Virus record (IMG/VR): IMGVR_UViG_3300042878_001497
Span: 64,001-128,000 of that record
Strand: one strand, 5' to 3'
From: a virus
Length of the DNA: 64,000 bases
Numbering within the stretch: the stretch's first letter is position 1; every line of letters starts with the position of its first letter. The notes under the pieces were generated by a model. That model saw only the letters and a program-made list of their open reading frames with translations. It was not told where the DNA came from and searched no databases. Both the position numbers and the translations under genes were made by a program. Shown one piece after another: positions 1 to 9,057 of this stretch.

Positions 1-82
1 AGACCTAACAGACAGGCATTACCTGACTGTAACCGGTTCACCTATGCAAAGAGTAAATCAAATCCTTAAATACATTAAATAA
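1..82 (+). CDS. 3' end of a CDS, possibly NadR/AAA_28-like ATPase (partial)
   Basis: Open frame from base 2 (DLTDRHYLTVTGSPMQRVNQILKYIK*); its TAA overlaps the next ATG. The C-terminus loosely resembles AAA_28 proteins. Confidence 0.35.
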   Translation, partial: DLTDRHYLTVTGSPMQRVNQILKYIK

Positions 83-996
83 TGGACGCTAACAAGAATC
101 AAAGCGCAGTTGTAGAGATTGCAAGTAAACACCTCGGACAGGTAGGTGGTGCAGGCTACTCAGACAAATACGATCCCTCACTGCTAGTAGCAGTACCTCG
201 TTACCTCAACCGAGAGGCTTACGGCATCAAAGAAGACAGCCTACCTTTCGTAGGAGTTGATTCATGGAATGCCTACGAAGTATCAGCAATCACAGAGAAG
301 GGACGTCCGGTAGCAGGCATGCTTAAGATTGTATGCCCGGCCGATTCACCATTCCACGTTGAGTCAAAGTCAATCAAGCTTTACCTCAACTCATTCAATA
401 TGACTCCTTTTGGCAAGACAGCCAAAGAGTGTATCAAGTTTATCGAAACTCAAGTAGCTAAGGACCTTACCGAGCTTCTGCAAGGGGATGTTATTTGTAC
501 CTTCTTCGGTAACGATTACGGAGTTGAGTTTCAATTCGATGGCTACCAAGACCTAGCCGGTCTAGTAAACCTAGATGAAGTAGAATTTACTTCATTCCAC
601 TCAGATGCTTCTCAATTGAAGGTCTGGGAGGTAAAAGAAGAAAACGTTGTTAAAGAGATTCATTCAGACCTTCTACGTTCTAACTGCCGGGTAACTAATC
701 AGCCGGACTGGGGTGATGTTTACATCCGTATGGAAGGTAAGAACGTAGCTGATGAAGCATCACTAGCACAGTACATTGTATCTCACCGCCAGGTCTCTCA
801 CTTCCACGAAGAGATCTGTGAGATGATATTTACTCATCTCATGCAAGCTTATCAGCCTGAAAAACTGATGGTTGCATGTCTTTATACGCGACGTGGAGGA
901 ATTGATATTAATCCTATTCGAGCCACTCATGCCGAATTGATCCCGGGATGGTTTAAGGATTCGAATAAACGGATGAAAAAAACTTTACGTCAATAA
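82..996 (+). CDS. queF: NADPH-dependent 7-cyano-7-deazaguanine (preQ0) reductase, bimodular type
   Basis: QueF motif VESKSIKLYLNSF, D-x-W-N-A-Y-E, catalytic LRSNCRVTNQPDWG, HFHEEICE, YTRRGGIDINP. Confidence 0.95.
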   Translation: MDANKNQSAVVEIASKHLGQVGGAGYSDKYDPSLLVAVPRYLNREAYGIKEDSLPFVGVDSWNAYEVSAITEKGRPVAGMLKIVCPADSPFHVESKSIKLYLNSFNMTPFGKTAKECIKFIETQVAKDLTELLQGDVICTFFGNDYGVEFQFDGYQDLAGLVNLDEVEFTSFHSDASQLKVWEVKEENVVKEIHSDLLRSNCRVTNQPDWGDVYIRMEGKNVADEASLAQYIVSHRQVSHFHEEICEMIFTHLMQAYQPEKLMVACLYTRRGGIDINPIRATHAELIPGWFKDSNKRMKKTLRQ

Positions 997-1029
997 GTTG
1001 GAGCCTACGGGCTCCTTTCTTATTTTTAG
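997..1029 (+). promoter_or_regulatory. Bacteroidetes-type promoter with a hairpin nested in the spacer
   Basis: GTTG-N20-TATTTTTAG; GGAGCC-TAC-GGGCTCC hairpin inside the spacer. Confidence 0.6.
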
Positions 1030-1033
1030 ATAT

Positions 1034-3367
1034 ATGGCTATAGAAAAAAAGTACTACCTGGTTACAGACAAAGAGACTGTTAACCTACTTATTCAACACA
1101 TCCAAGAATCAAAGGTTATCGCTTATGATACCGAGACTGACTCCCTCAACATGAGGAAAGGTCAGATTATAGGATTCTCCGTATCGGGGGATATCGGGAT
1201 GGGGTTCTACCTCCCTACTATGGCCTGGAACCACCAGACCGGTACCCTAGATGAACTTAATATTGAAGGGGTACCTTGCCACTCTATAGCAAAAAAAATC
1301 TTACCTATGCTTATCGGCAAGAGGCTTGTGATGCACAACGCATCGTTTGACTGCCGGTTTACTAAAAACTTCTACGGGGTGGACCTCCTAGAGAGTTTAT
1401 GGGTAGATACTGCCTTACTAGTCCACACCGTCCAAGAGGAGGGTGCAGGGATGGGGGTATTCGGTCTTAAGTCCCTAGCAATATCAGTACAAAATGAAAT
1501 CGGACTCGACGTCGAAAAAGCTGCTAACGAAGAGCAGGTCCTTCTCAAGGAATCTATTAAAGCCAACGGAGGTTCAGCTACTAAGGAAAACTACGAGATT
1601 TATAAAGCCGACATGGGGCTCCTGGGTAAGTATGCTGCTGCTGATACCGACCTTACTCTTCGTCTGTGCAGTCATTTTATGGACGTCCTTCAACGAGAGG
1701 GTCTTGAGAAATTCTTCTTCGAAGATGAAGTAATGCCCCTTTACAAGGAGGTTACTATCCCGATGGAGGAGATGGGTGTTGATTTGAATATAGATTTGCT
1801 GCTTGAGACCAGGGATGAGATTTTAAAAGACTTAGCTGAGAATAAGCAGATCGTTCTTAAATCTTTGATAGGTACTAAGGCCGGCCAGGAATGGGTGGTA
1901 GACACTGCTCTAAATGAGTTCCCGCCCTCTAACAAAGGTACATGGGCACAGACACTAGCCGAGCGATACTCCCTCTCTCTGCCTAAATCTGATAAGACTG
2001 GTAAGTTCTCTATTACTAAAAAGACTTTAGAGGAGCTGGAAGATTCTCCTGCTAAGGAGTACCTACTGACCGGGGACCTAAACCTCTTAGATACTATGGA
2101 GGCTATGAAGATCTCGATGTCTTTATGGAAGCAAAAGAACGACGGTGACTATGTTAACATCCAGTCTAAAAAACACCTAGGAGAGATAGCATTCAAGTAT
2201 ATGAATATCCGGGCTAGATCTCAGACCGCTAAAGGTCAGGATCAGTTCGATATGGATATGCTAGAGGACTTATCTAAGACTCATTCCTGGGCTGAGAACC
2301 TCCGGGTTTATAATAAGCTTCTTAAGATTAAGTCCACTTACATCGATCGGTTTGTTGATAATGCCGAAGATGGGAAGTACTTCTTCTACTTCAAGCAGCA
2401 CGGTACGGTTTCTGGCCGATACGGCTCCGATGCCCAGCAGCTACCCAAACCCAAGGAAGAGGGTGAGGACGTTCCAATTATCGTTAAGTACAATAACGCC
2501 GTCAGGGCTTTCTTGATAGCGGGAGAAGGAAGGAAGATTATCGATGCTGACTATGAGTCACTGGAACCTCACTGCTTTGCTTCAGTATCCGGGGATAGAG
2601 GTCTGCAAGATATCTTTAATAACGGGTGGGACTTTTACTCTACAGTCGCTATTAAGGCCGAAAAGCTTGAACAGGATACAGTCAACTACCCTAATGGAGT
2701 TAGTCCGGATAAAAAATCTCCGGTCTACCTTAAGAAGATCGATCCCGTTAAAAGGAATAAAGCCAAGGCTTACTCGCTAGGAATAGCTTACGGAATGGAG
2801 GCTTACGCGTTAGGAAAATCTTTGGACATAGATCAGAAAGCAGCCCAGATCCTAGTTGACGGCTACTTGGATGGGTTCCCCGAACTTAAAGCCTGGAGGA
2901 TCAACTCCCGTCAGCACGTCAAAGAGCACGGCTCTATCAAAAATAAAGTAGGCCGGATAAGGCACCTGCCTAAAGTCCAGAGACTCTACCAGAAGTACGG
3001 AGATCAGATCATGGACTGGAGATATAGGAATGAGCTCGCTAATACCTACGGCAAGGAACAGGTCATGAGTATGTATAGGGATTATCGCAACGGACTTAAT
3101 AACTGCTTGAACTATCAGCTGCAATCACTAGCAGCGGCTGTTGTTAACCGGGCTGCTATCCAGATCAATCGTAAGTTAAAAGAGATGGGGATTGACGGCC
3201 GGGTTCAGGCTCAGGTCCATGACCAGCTTATAATTAACGTCCCTGAACATCAAGCCGAGTTAGTAGCACCTATCGTAAAAGAGATCATGGAAAACACCAC
3301 CCAGCTAGAAGGAGTAACTCTAAAAGCACCTCCTGAGATTACAAACAATTGGAGAGATGGGCACTAA
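1034..3367 (+). CDS. polA: DNA polymerase family A with 3'-5' exonuclease
   Basis: Exo motifs AYDTET, HNASFD, YAAAD; GTVSGR; motif A DADYESLE; motif B RNKAKAYSLGIAYG; motif C QVHDQL. Start moved to ATG 1034 because the track's TTG 998 is the promoter -33 box. Confidence 0.95.
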   Translation: MAIEKKYYLVTDKETVNLLIQHIQESKVIAYDTETDSLNMRKGQIIGFSVSGDIGMGFYLPTMAWNHQTGTLDELNIEGVPCHSIAKKILPMLIGKRLVMHNASFDCRFTKNFYGVDLLESLWVDTALLVHTVQEEGAGMGVFGLKSLAISVQNEIGLDVEKAANEEQVLLKESIKANGGSATKENYEIYKADMGLLGKYAAADTDLTLRLCSHFMDVLQREGLEKFFFEDEVMPLYKEVTIPMEEMGVDLNIDLLLETRDEILKDLAENKQIVLKSLIGTKAGQEWVVDTALNEFPPSNKGTWAQTLAERYSLSLPKSDKTGKFSITKKTLEELEDSPAKEYLLTGDLNLLDTMEAMKISMSLWKQKNDGDYVNIQSKKHLGEIAFKYMNIRARSQTAKGQDQFDMDMLEDLSKTHSWAENLRVYNKLLKIKSTYIDRFVDNAEDGKYFFYFKQHGTVSGRYGSDAQQLPKPKEEGEDVPIIVKYNNAVRAFLIAGEGRKIIDADYESLEPHCFASVSGDRGLQDIFNNGWDFYSTVAIKAEKLEQDTVNYPNGVSPDKKSPVYLKKIDPVKRNKAKAYSLGIAYGMEAYALGKSLDIDQKAAQILVDGYLDGFPELKAWRINSRQHVKEHGSIKNKVGRIRHLPKVQRLYQKYGDQIMDWRYRNELANTYGKEQVMSMYRDYRNGLNNCLNYQLQSLAAAVVNRAAIQINRKLKEMGIDGRVQAQVHDQLIINVPEHQAELVAPIVKEIMENTTQLEGVTLKAPPEITNNWRDGH

Positions 3368-3475
3368 AATAAAAAGTTTATATATTTATATAAAAGAGCA
3401 GGGGACCGCTCTAAATGGCTTACCGATTGGGAGCCGGGTTATACTAATTTATTAATAAAAATAGATCTAAGGACT

Positions 3476-3916
3476 ATGACACACATCAAGTACACTCCGT
3501 GGACTGCAGACTATACGTCATCCACATTCGACATCCTATTCAAGGATTTCTTTAACACGAACTCAACGTTCGTATCACCGATCGACCAAAAGATCGGACA
3601 TCCAGTAGACATTTATGAAACCGAAAAAGGGTTATTCTTCGAGATCGCCGCAACGGGGCTATCGAAGCAAGATATCAAAATCTCAATTGAAGGTGAAATC
3701 CTTCGAATTATTCACGATAAAGTGGAAGAACAGGTCGATAAGACTAAAGTTCGTTATTACAACAAAGGACTTAGTAGACGATCATTCAATCTAGGTTATA
3801 AAATTGCTCGTAGGTTTGACCTCAGCACAATTGACGCCCAGATGAAAGACGGATTGCTTAAGATCTTCTTACCTCACACCGAGGAACATAAACCTCAAGA
3901 AGTAAAGATTAAGTAA
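3476..3916 (+). CDS. Small heat-shock protein (Hsp20/alpha-crystallin)
   Basis: PVDIYE...GLSKQDIKI...RSF...AQMKDGLLKI alpha-crystallin pattern. Confidence 0.92.
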   Translation: MTHIKYTPWTADYTSSTFDILFKDFFNTNSTFVSPIDQKIGHPVDIYETEKGLFFEIAATGLSKQDIKISIEGEILRIIHDKVEEQVDKTKVRYYNKGLSRRSFNLGYKIARRFDLSTIDAQMKDGLLKIFLPHTEEHKPQEVKIK

Positions 3917-3974
3917 AGTTACATTTGGTCCCCTGCGATTTTTTTCGTATCTTTAAGTATTAATCAAAACAGTT

Positions 3975-4256
3975 ATGGCAAGAGGTAAAAAAGTTGGCCA
4001 CGTAAAGCCGCAAGTCACTATTAAAGATGACTCTATCACTCCCTACTATATTAGTATGGACGAGAATCAATTCACCGTTCAGGTGGAAGGTTCCACTCTC
4101 CCGCTAGGCTACTACAGTAGGTTAGATGGAGCTGTAAAACGTATTGCAAAATACAAAGTACTGGAGAATCTTAATCAATCTACAGTTGACCTGACGGACT
4201 TTTTAAAGGCTTACGATAAAGTATTAACGCAAATTAATGACCGAATTCCGGTATGA
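3975..4256 (+). CDS. Hypothetical protein
   Basis: ORF after the promoter at 3924-3956; overlaps the groES start. Confidence 0.7.
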   Translation: MARGKKVGHVKPQVTIKDDSITPYYISMDENQFTVQVEGSTLPLGYYSRLDGAVKRIAKYKVLENLNQSTVDLTDFLKAYDKVLTQINDRIPV

Positions 4257-4552
4257 AGAAACTAATTCCACTTAACGACCGTATTGTGGTAAAGCCGATC
4301 GAAGAGGTCGAGCAGACTTACGGTAACATCATTATTGCCGATATGGGCAGAGAGCGCCCAGAGATGGGCGAAGTAATCGCAGTAGGACCTGGACGTATGT
4401 CAGAATACGGCAAGTTTGTTCCAGTGAACGTAAACGTTGGCGATATTGTACTCCTTCCTAAAATTGGTACCATCCGAGTTGAATTCGATGGTGAAGAGTA
4501 TTATATTGGTCAAGCAAGAGAAATCCTTTGTAAAGTAATCGAAAATGAGTAA
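4253..4552 (+). CDS. groES: Co-chaperonin GroES
   Basis: PLNDRIVVK, GEVIAVGPG, VNVGDIVL. Confidence 0.95.
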   Translation: MKKLIPLNDRIVVKPIEEVEQTYGNIIIADMGRERPEMGEVIAVGPGRMSEYGKFVPVNVNVGDIVLLPKIGTIRVEFDGEEYYIGQAREILCKVIENE

Positions 4553-6179
4553 GAAGATTGAATTTTCAAATCAAGCCCGCGAACAGCTCCTTGCTGGAGT
4601 TGAGAAGCTTGCTAACGCAGTAGCTTCCACCCTCGGTCCTAACGGCCGGAATGTTATTATCGAACAGCAGATGGGTAATCCGGTCTCAACCAAGGATGGT
4701 GTTACGGTAGCCAAAGCAATCGAGCTAGAAGACACTATCGAGAATATGGGTGCCCAGCTTGTGAAGCAGGCCTCAATCAAGACTGCAGACGGAGCCGGTG
4801 ATGGTACTACTACCTCAACTCTCCTTGCATACGAAATTTACAAAGAAGGTTTGAAGCATCTGGATAAGCACAACGCAGTAGACATTAGCCGAGGTGTGGC
4901 TAAGGCTACCAAAGAGGTTGTAGCTTACCTAGAGCAACAAGCCCGAGAAATTACCGACGAAAATCAACTTCGTCAGGTAGCAACTATCTCAGCTAATAAC
5001 GACCCTGAGGTGGGAGAGCTAATCGCTGCAGCTATGGACAAGGTGGGGCGTGACGGCGTAGTGACTATCGAAGAATCTCGCACAGGCGAGACCTACCTAG
5101 AGACGGTAGAGGGTATGCAGTTTAATCGTGGATATAAATCAATTTACTTTGTAACTGATAATAACACGATGACGGCTGCATTGAGCAACCCACTGGTTTT
5201 AATTGCAGATAAAAAGATCACTGCCGCCAAAGAGCTTCTTCCAATCCTGGAAGCATGTTCAGCTCAGAACAAAGCTCTGTTAATCATTGCCGATGATATC
5301 GATGGCGAGGCTCTCTCCACCCTGGTCGTAAATAAGATGCGAGGAATCTTGCAAGTAGTAGCAGTTAAGGCTCCAGAATTTGGAGATCGTAAAAAAGCTA
5401 TGCTAGAAGATATCGCTACGCTGACCGGTGGTCAAGTTGTATCAACTGAGAAAGGAATGCGACTGGATAAGTTCAATCCTGATTGGTTAGGTTCAGCCCG
5501 CAAAGTTACCATCGGTAAAGAAGAAACCACGATTGTGGATGGCAAAGGAGCTTCTGAAGCTATTGAAACCCGGGTAGATGAGATCAAAGCTCTGATCGAT
5601 AATGCTAAATCTCCTTTCGAAAAAGAGACTCTCCAGGATCGATTAGGACGATTGATTGGCGGTGTAGCGATTGTTTACGTCGGAGGTCAATCAGAACTTG
5701 AGATGAAAGAGAAGAAAGATCGAGTAGAGGATGCATTGCATGCTACTAAGGCAGCCCTTCAAGAAGGTATTCTGCCAGGTGGTGGTACCGCTCTTTTAAA
5801 TGCAGCTGAATACCTGCATGCTAACAAGACACTAGTACCGTTTGCAAATACTTCTGCAGAACTCGGCTATACAATCCTTCTACAGGCTATCAACAAACCT
5901 TTCTTTAAGATTTTATCCAATGCCGGATACGAACAAGGATACTCAGAAGATATTATGAATGAGGTCCTTAATTCAGATAATTTCTGGCAAGGATTTAATC
6001 TACGTACCGAAGAGTATGTTGATATGTTTGAGGAAGGTATTATCGACCCTGCCAAGGTAACACGCCTGGCGCTAGAAAATGCAGCTTCGATTGCAGGTAC
6101 TATGCTAACAACCGAATGTGTTGTAAGCAACCTAAAAGAGAAGAGCAGCGATCCTATGGATTTTAATTCAATGATGTAA
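4545..6179 (+). CDS. groEL: Chaperonin GroEL
   Basis: TLGPNGRNV, TKDGVTVAK, AGDGTTT, KAPEFGDRKK, GIIDPAKVTR. Confidence 0.97.
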   Translation: MSKKIEFSNQAREQLLAGVEKLANAVASTLGPNGRNVIIEQQMGNPVSTKDGVTVAKAIELEDTIENMGAQLVKQASIKTADGAGDGTTTSTLLAYEIYKEGLKHLDKHNAVDISRGVAKATKEVVAYLEQQAREITDENQLRQVATISANNDPEVGELIAAAMDKVGRDGVVTIEESRTGETYLETVEGMQFNRGYKSIYFVTDNNTMTAALSNPLVLIADKKITAAKELLPILEACSAQNKALLIIADDIDGEALSTLVVNKMRGILQVVAVKAPEFGDRKKAMLEDIATLTGGQVVSTEKGMRLDKFNPDWLGSARKVTIGKEETTIVDGKGASEAIETRVDEIKALIDNAKSPFEKETLQDRLGRLIGGVAIVYVGGQSELEMKEKKDRVEDALHATKAALQEGILPGGGTALLNAAEYLHANKTLVPFANTSAELGYTILLQAINKPFFKILSNAGYEQGYSEDIMNEVLNSDNFWQGFNLRTEEYVDMFEEGIIDPAKVTRLALENAASIAGTMLTTECVVSNLKEKSSDPMDFNSMM

Positions 6180-6319
6180 TGAGTAAAGTTTCAAGCAAAG
6201 CCCGTTACGAGGCGTTTATGGAATGGCACAAGTGGGCTTCAGCTCACTACTCTTCGATGAAAAGAAAAAAGAGAGCCAATTCAGAGTCCCACGGTAACGA
6301 CTTTAAAACCCAAGAGTAA
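6179..6319 (+). CDS. Small basic hypothetical protein (46 aa)
   Basis: TAATG coupling to groEL; not in the ORF track. Confidence 0.5.
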   Translation: MSKVSSKARYEAFMEWHKWASAHYSSMKRKKRANSESHGNDFKTQE

Positions 6320-6486
6320 TGAAATTTCAACTAGGCGATACTGTCAAGCTGTTGGATTCTCGTATTACAACCTTACCGTGTACGGTGATGGAGATTAAAG
6401 GAAGTATTATCTTAGTTGAAGATGCTTCCGGAATCATTCACGAGGTCTTTGCCGAGCAGTTACACAAGCAGATGCTATTTGGATAA
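6319..6486 (+). CDS. Small SH3/KOW-like hypothetical protein (55 aa)
   Basis: MKFQLGDTVKL... N-terminus; TAATG coupling. Confidence 0.55.
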   Translation: MKFQLGDTVKLLDSRITTLPCTVMEIKGSIILVEDASGIIHEVFAEQLHKQMLFG

Positions 6487-6487
6487 A

Positions 6488-6547
6488 GCCGAAGGGGCGG
6501 GAGAGGGGGCGTGATCTCCTCCCCGCACCGAAGGTGCCACGCGCATT
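6488..6547. repeat. GC-rich structured element, copy 1
   Basis: Shares an identical 24-mer CGCACCGAAGGTGCCACGCGCATT and a covarying stem with 48322-48378. Confidence 0.8.
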
Positions 6548-6630
6548 TTCTATAAAAGTTCCTACCGGGCCTTGGACCCCGGGCTATTTATTAGGGTATT
6601 ATCTCTAGTTTAATTTTGGTGTTATTAACA

Positions 6631-6801
6631 ATGGATGCAAATCGTGTCGAGGAATTAGGTTTTTTGGCTCACAAGGAAGGATTCTTCCCACAATGGCAAG
6701 ACACGGCTTCAAGATACCTTAAGGAGGAAGAGTACCAAGATAAGACATTAGCATACGAAAGAGCTTACGCAAAATACTCCCAAACAGTTGGATCTAATTA
6801 A
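6631..6801 (+). CDS. Hypothetical protein
   Basis: ATG downstream of the TATTTATT motif at 6585. Confidence 0.55.
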   Translation: MDANRVEELGFLAHKEGFFPQWQDTASRYLKEEEYQDKTLAYERAYAKYSQTVGSN

Positions 6802-6839
6802 AGGAGTTACTTTATCTAAGATTTAATAAAAATAGTGCT

Positions 6840-7172
6840 ATGGAACAAAGTACAGGATTTCAAAAACTTTTAATCTCTATGATGACAAGAAGGTGGTTAA
6901 TCACCTTGATTGTATTGATTACTTTTATGTTTACTACCTTCGGGATTCTGATCTCCATTCACGTAGAAACGGCTGTAGGTCAGGAGTGGAAAGAACTTTT
7001 ACTTTTACTCTTAGGAGCTTTCATCGGTTCCTACGGTAAAATTATCGACTACTGGTTCTCGGATACTGATAAAGATAAAATGCTTGTACAAAAAATGGAC
7101 GAAGAAGACGGTGTAGCTCTTTCCAATACAGGAGGCTCAGTCGAACCTTTAAACAGTAGCGAGGAAGAGTAA
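6840..7172 (+). CDS. Two-TM membrane protein with acidic tail
   Basis: Two hydrophobic helices, then IIDYWFS and an acidic C-terminus. Confidence 0.7.
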   Translation: MEQSTGFQKLLISMMTRRWLITLIVLITFMFTTFGILISIHVETAVGQEWKELLLLLLGAFIGSYGKIIDYWFSDTDKDKMLVQKMDEEDGVALSNTGGSVEPLNSSEEE

Positions 7173-7378
7173 TGTCTTCAATGCCATGCCCTGCCTGTAG
7201 ACATCCATTAGGGTTGACTTTAGAGTTTATATCCAAGCACCCAATGTCAATGTGCCCCAATTGCCAGACTATGTTTAATTTTGAAGTCGGTGATGAAATT
7301 AAAGAATCACTAGCTAGCGCGTTATCTGATATAAATAAAATTAAAAAACAATATAAAGGTACGGTTAAGTTTAAATAA
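7172..7378 (+). CDS. Zn-ribbon protein
   Basis: CPAC...CPNC. Confidence 0.7.
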   Translation: MSSMPCPACRHPLGLTLEFISKHPMSMCPNCQTMFNFEVGDEIKESLASALSDINKIKKQYKGTVKFK

Positions 7379-7467
7379 ATTTAACAACTTTACTATTGTT
7401 TGATACTAGTTATATACAAACAAACGGTTACAGGAGAAATAAATAACAATATAAAAAAATAAAAAGT

Positions 7468-8073
7468 ATGGCTTCAGATATCTCAGCCCAATTTACCGGT
7501 TTACCAATAGAGGATTTAATTGTATCTCCTATCATCGGAATGGCAAAGGGGCAAGCAAAATTAAACGATGTAACATGGCAGTACATCAACCAAGTCGCAT
7601 TCGTAACTGACGAAAAAACAAAGGCTGTGACAGCCCGTTCTTTGGATGTACAGATGCAAAGAGTAATGACTGATCCTGATACTGGAGCGCAGGAATTAAA
7701 GACACTGTACTCTAAAGTACCAATGCTACCATTAGTACCGCTTCCAGCTCTAGCTATCACATCAGCTGACATTGAATTTACTATGGAAGTAAAAACTTCT
7801 GAAGTAAACAAAGATTCAGTAGATGCTAAGTCTAGCTTTGAAGCAACAGTCGGCGGCGGGTTCTGGGGTATGAAATACTCTGCTACAATGGCAGGTAGTG
7901 TTGCAACTCACAAAGAAAACACTCGCTCAAGCGATAACTCAGCTAAGTACAATGTAAAGGTTCACGCCGAGCAGTTGCCACCAACTGAAGGTATGTTGAA
8001 GCTATCTGACTACCTAACTCAGATGCTAGAGCCATCTTTGATTCCATTCGGAGAAGGTACTGCAGCTAAGTAA
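7468..8073 (+). CDS. DUF2589-like protein (long form)
   Basis: GLPIEDLIVSP...AKGQAKL...KVPMLPLVPLPALAITSADIEFTMEV...PPTEGMLKL. Confidence 0.8.
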   Translation: MASDISAQFTGLPIEDLIVSPIIGMAKGQAKLNDVTWQYINQVAFVTDEKTKAVTARSLDVQMQRVMTDPDTGAQELKTLYSKVPMLPLVPLPALAITSADIEFTMEVKTSEVNKDSVDAKSSFEATVGGGFWGMKYSATMAGSVATHKENTRSSDNSAKYNVKVHAEQLPPTEGMLKLSDYLTQMLEPSLIPFGEGTAAK

Positions 8074-8098
8074 TAAGTAAAACAAAAGAGGTTATAAA

Positions 8099-8563
8099 AT
8101 GTCAAGATTAAATGTAGAGGAACTAGTTGGCGGTCTATTAGAGGCCGCCATGGTTTCTCAAGGAATAAGTGAAAGACAGCATATTAATGCTCTCCGGAAC
8201 TATTTCAATGAAGACGGTACACCCAAAACCACCACCTTTACTGTAGGTGAGAAGGAATTGGTTGTACCTCTTTATATTTTAGCAGACCACTCATCTATTG
8301 GATTAGAAGAATTAGATATTGAGTTCTCTTGTAGGCTTATATTTGGTGATGAAGAAAGAGAGGTTTCCAATCTTAAAAAGTCTCTACTAGGGTTATTTAA
8401 GAAAAAAGGATACGAGCACAATATCAAAGGTATTGAAGTTGACTCTGGGTTTAATCCAAATGAAACGGGGGTAGCTAAAATAAAGGTTAAGTTCAAGGCC
8501 GATGAAAAGCCCGAAGCGGTTAGTAGATTGGTTGACGAGTACATAAAATTGCTAGCTAGCTAA
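8099..8563 (+). CDS. DUF2589-like protein (short partner form)
   Basis: VEELVGGLLEAA...VPLYILADHSSIGLEELDIEF...KPEAVSRLVDEY. Confidence 0.7.
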   Translation: MSRLNVEELVGGLLEAAMVSQGISERQHINALRNYFNEDGTPKTTTFTVGEKELVVPLYILADHSSIGLEELDIEFSCRLIFGDEEREVSNLKKSLLGLFKKKGYEHNIKGIEVDSGFNPNETGVAKIKVKFKADEKPEAVSRLVDEYIKLLAS

Positions 8564-8613
8564 AAGAATAATTAACCAGATGAATGATTTTAGATTTCTG
8601 TATTGGGATAATT

Positions 8614-8751
8614 ATGAAGCGCCAAAGAGAGACACAGCAGGAGAGAGCTCTAGCACAGCTTATTCGCCGGAAGATGATTCAACGGGATCACGGGGCGGCA
8701 AAGACAAGCTATAGGCGCGATAAAAGTTGGATGCGCTATGAGTTGGAATGA
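8614..8751 (+). CDS. Small basic hypothetical protein (45 aa)
   Basis: ORF read by eye; Arg/Lys rich. Confidence 0.45.
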   Translation: MKRQRETQQERALAQLIRRKMIQRDHGAAKTSYRRDKSWMRYELE

Positions 8752-8873
8752 TGAATATGATAATTGGTCACCCGACGCTTCTATCCACGGGCATACAATC
8801 TACCGAGAAGAAGAAGAGGAATAGTTGCTAGATCGAAAGATCGTTCGTATATTTAGGTATAAGAAAAAAGGTT

Positions 8874-9047
8874 ATGAATGATAGTGATGCTTGTCGTTAT
8901 TTGTTTAGTCTGTACATGGCACAGGCTGAAAGTCTGAATCTGGAGATTGAATTTCTAGACAAATTAAATGAAATTTTTGTGGAAGCTCCTGAGTACGAGC
9001 TGTGGGATGCCATACAGGGCGCAGCCTTTGACTGTGATATGGTCTAG
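8874..9047 (+). CDS. Hypothetical protein (57 aa)
   Basis: Follows the promoter at 8824-8856 and an AAAGGTTATG leader. Confidence 0.6.
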   Translation: MNDSDACRYLFSLYMAQAESLNLEIEFLDKLNEIFVEAPEYELWDAIQGAAFDCDMV

Positions 9048-9057
9048 GAGCAGGAAC

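Noticed and set aside
1034-3367. Intein or intron in polA
   Set aside because: Continuous ORF of normal size without splice motifs
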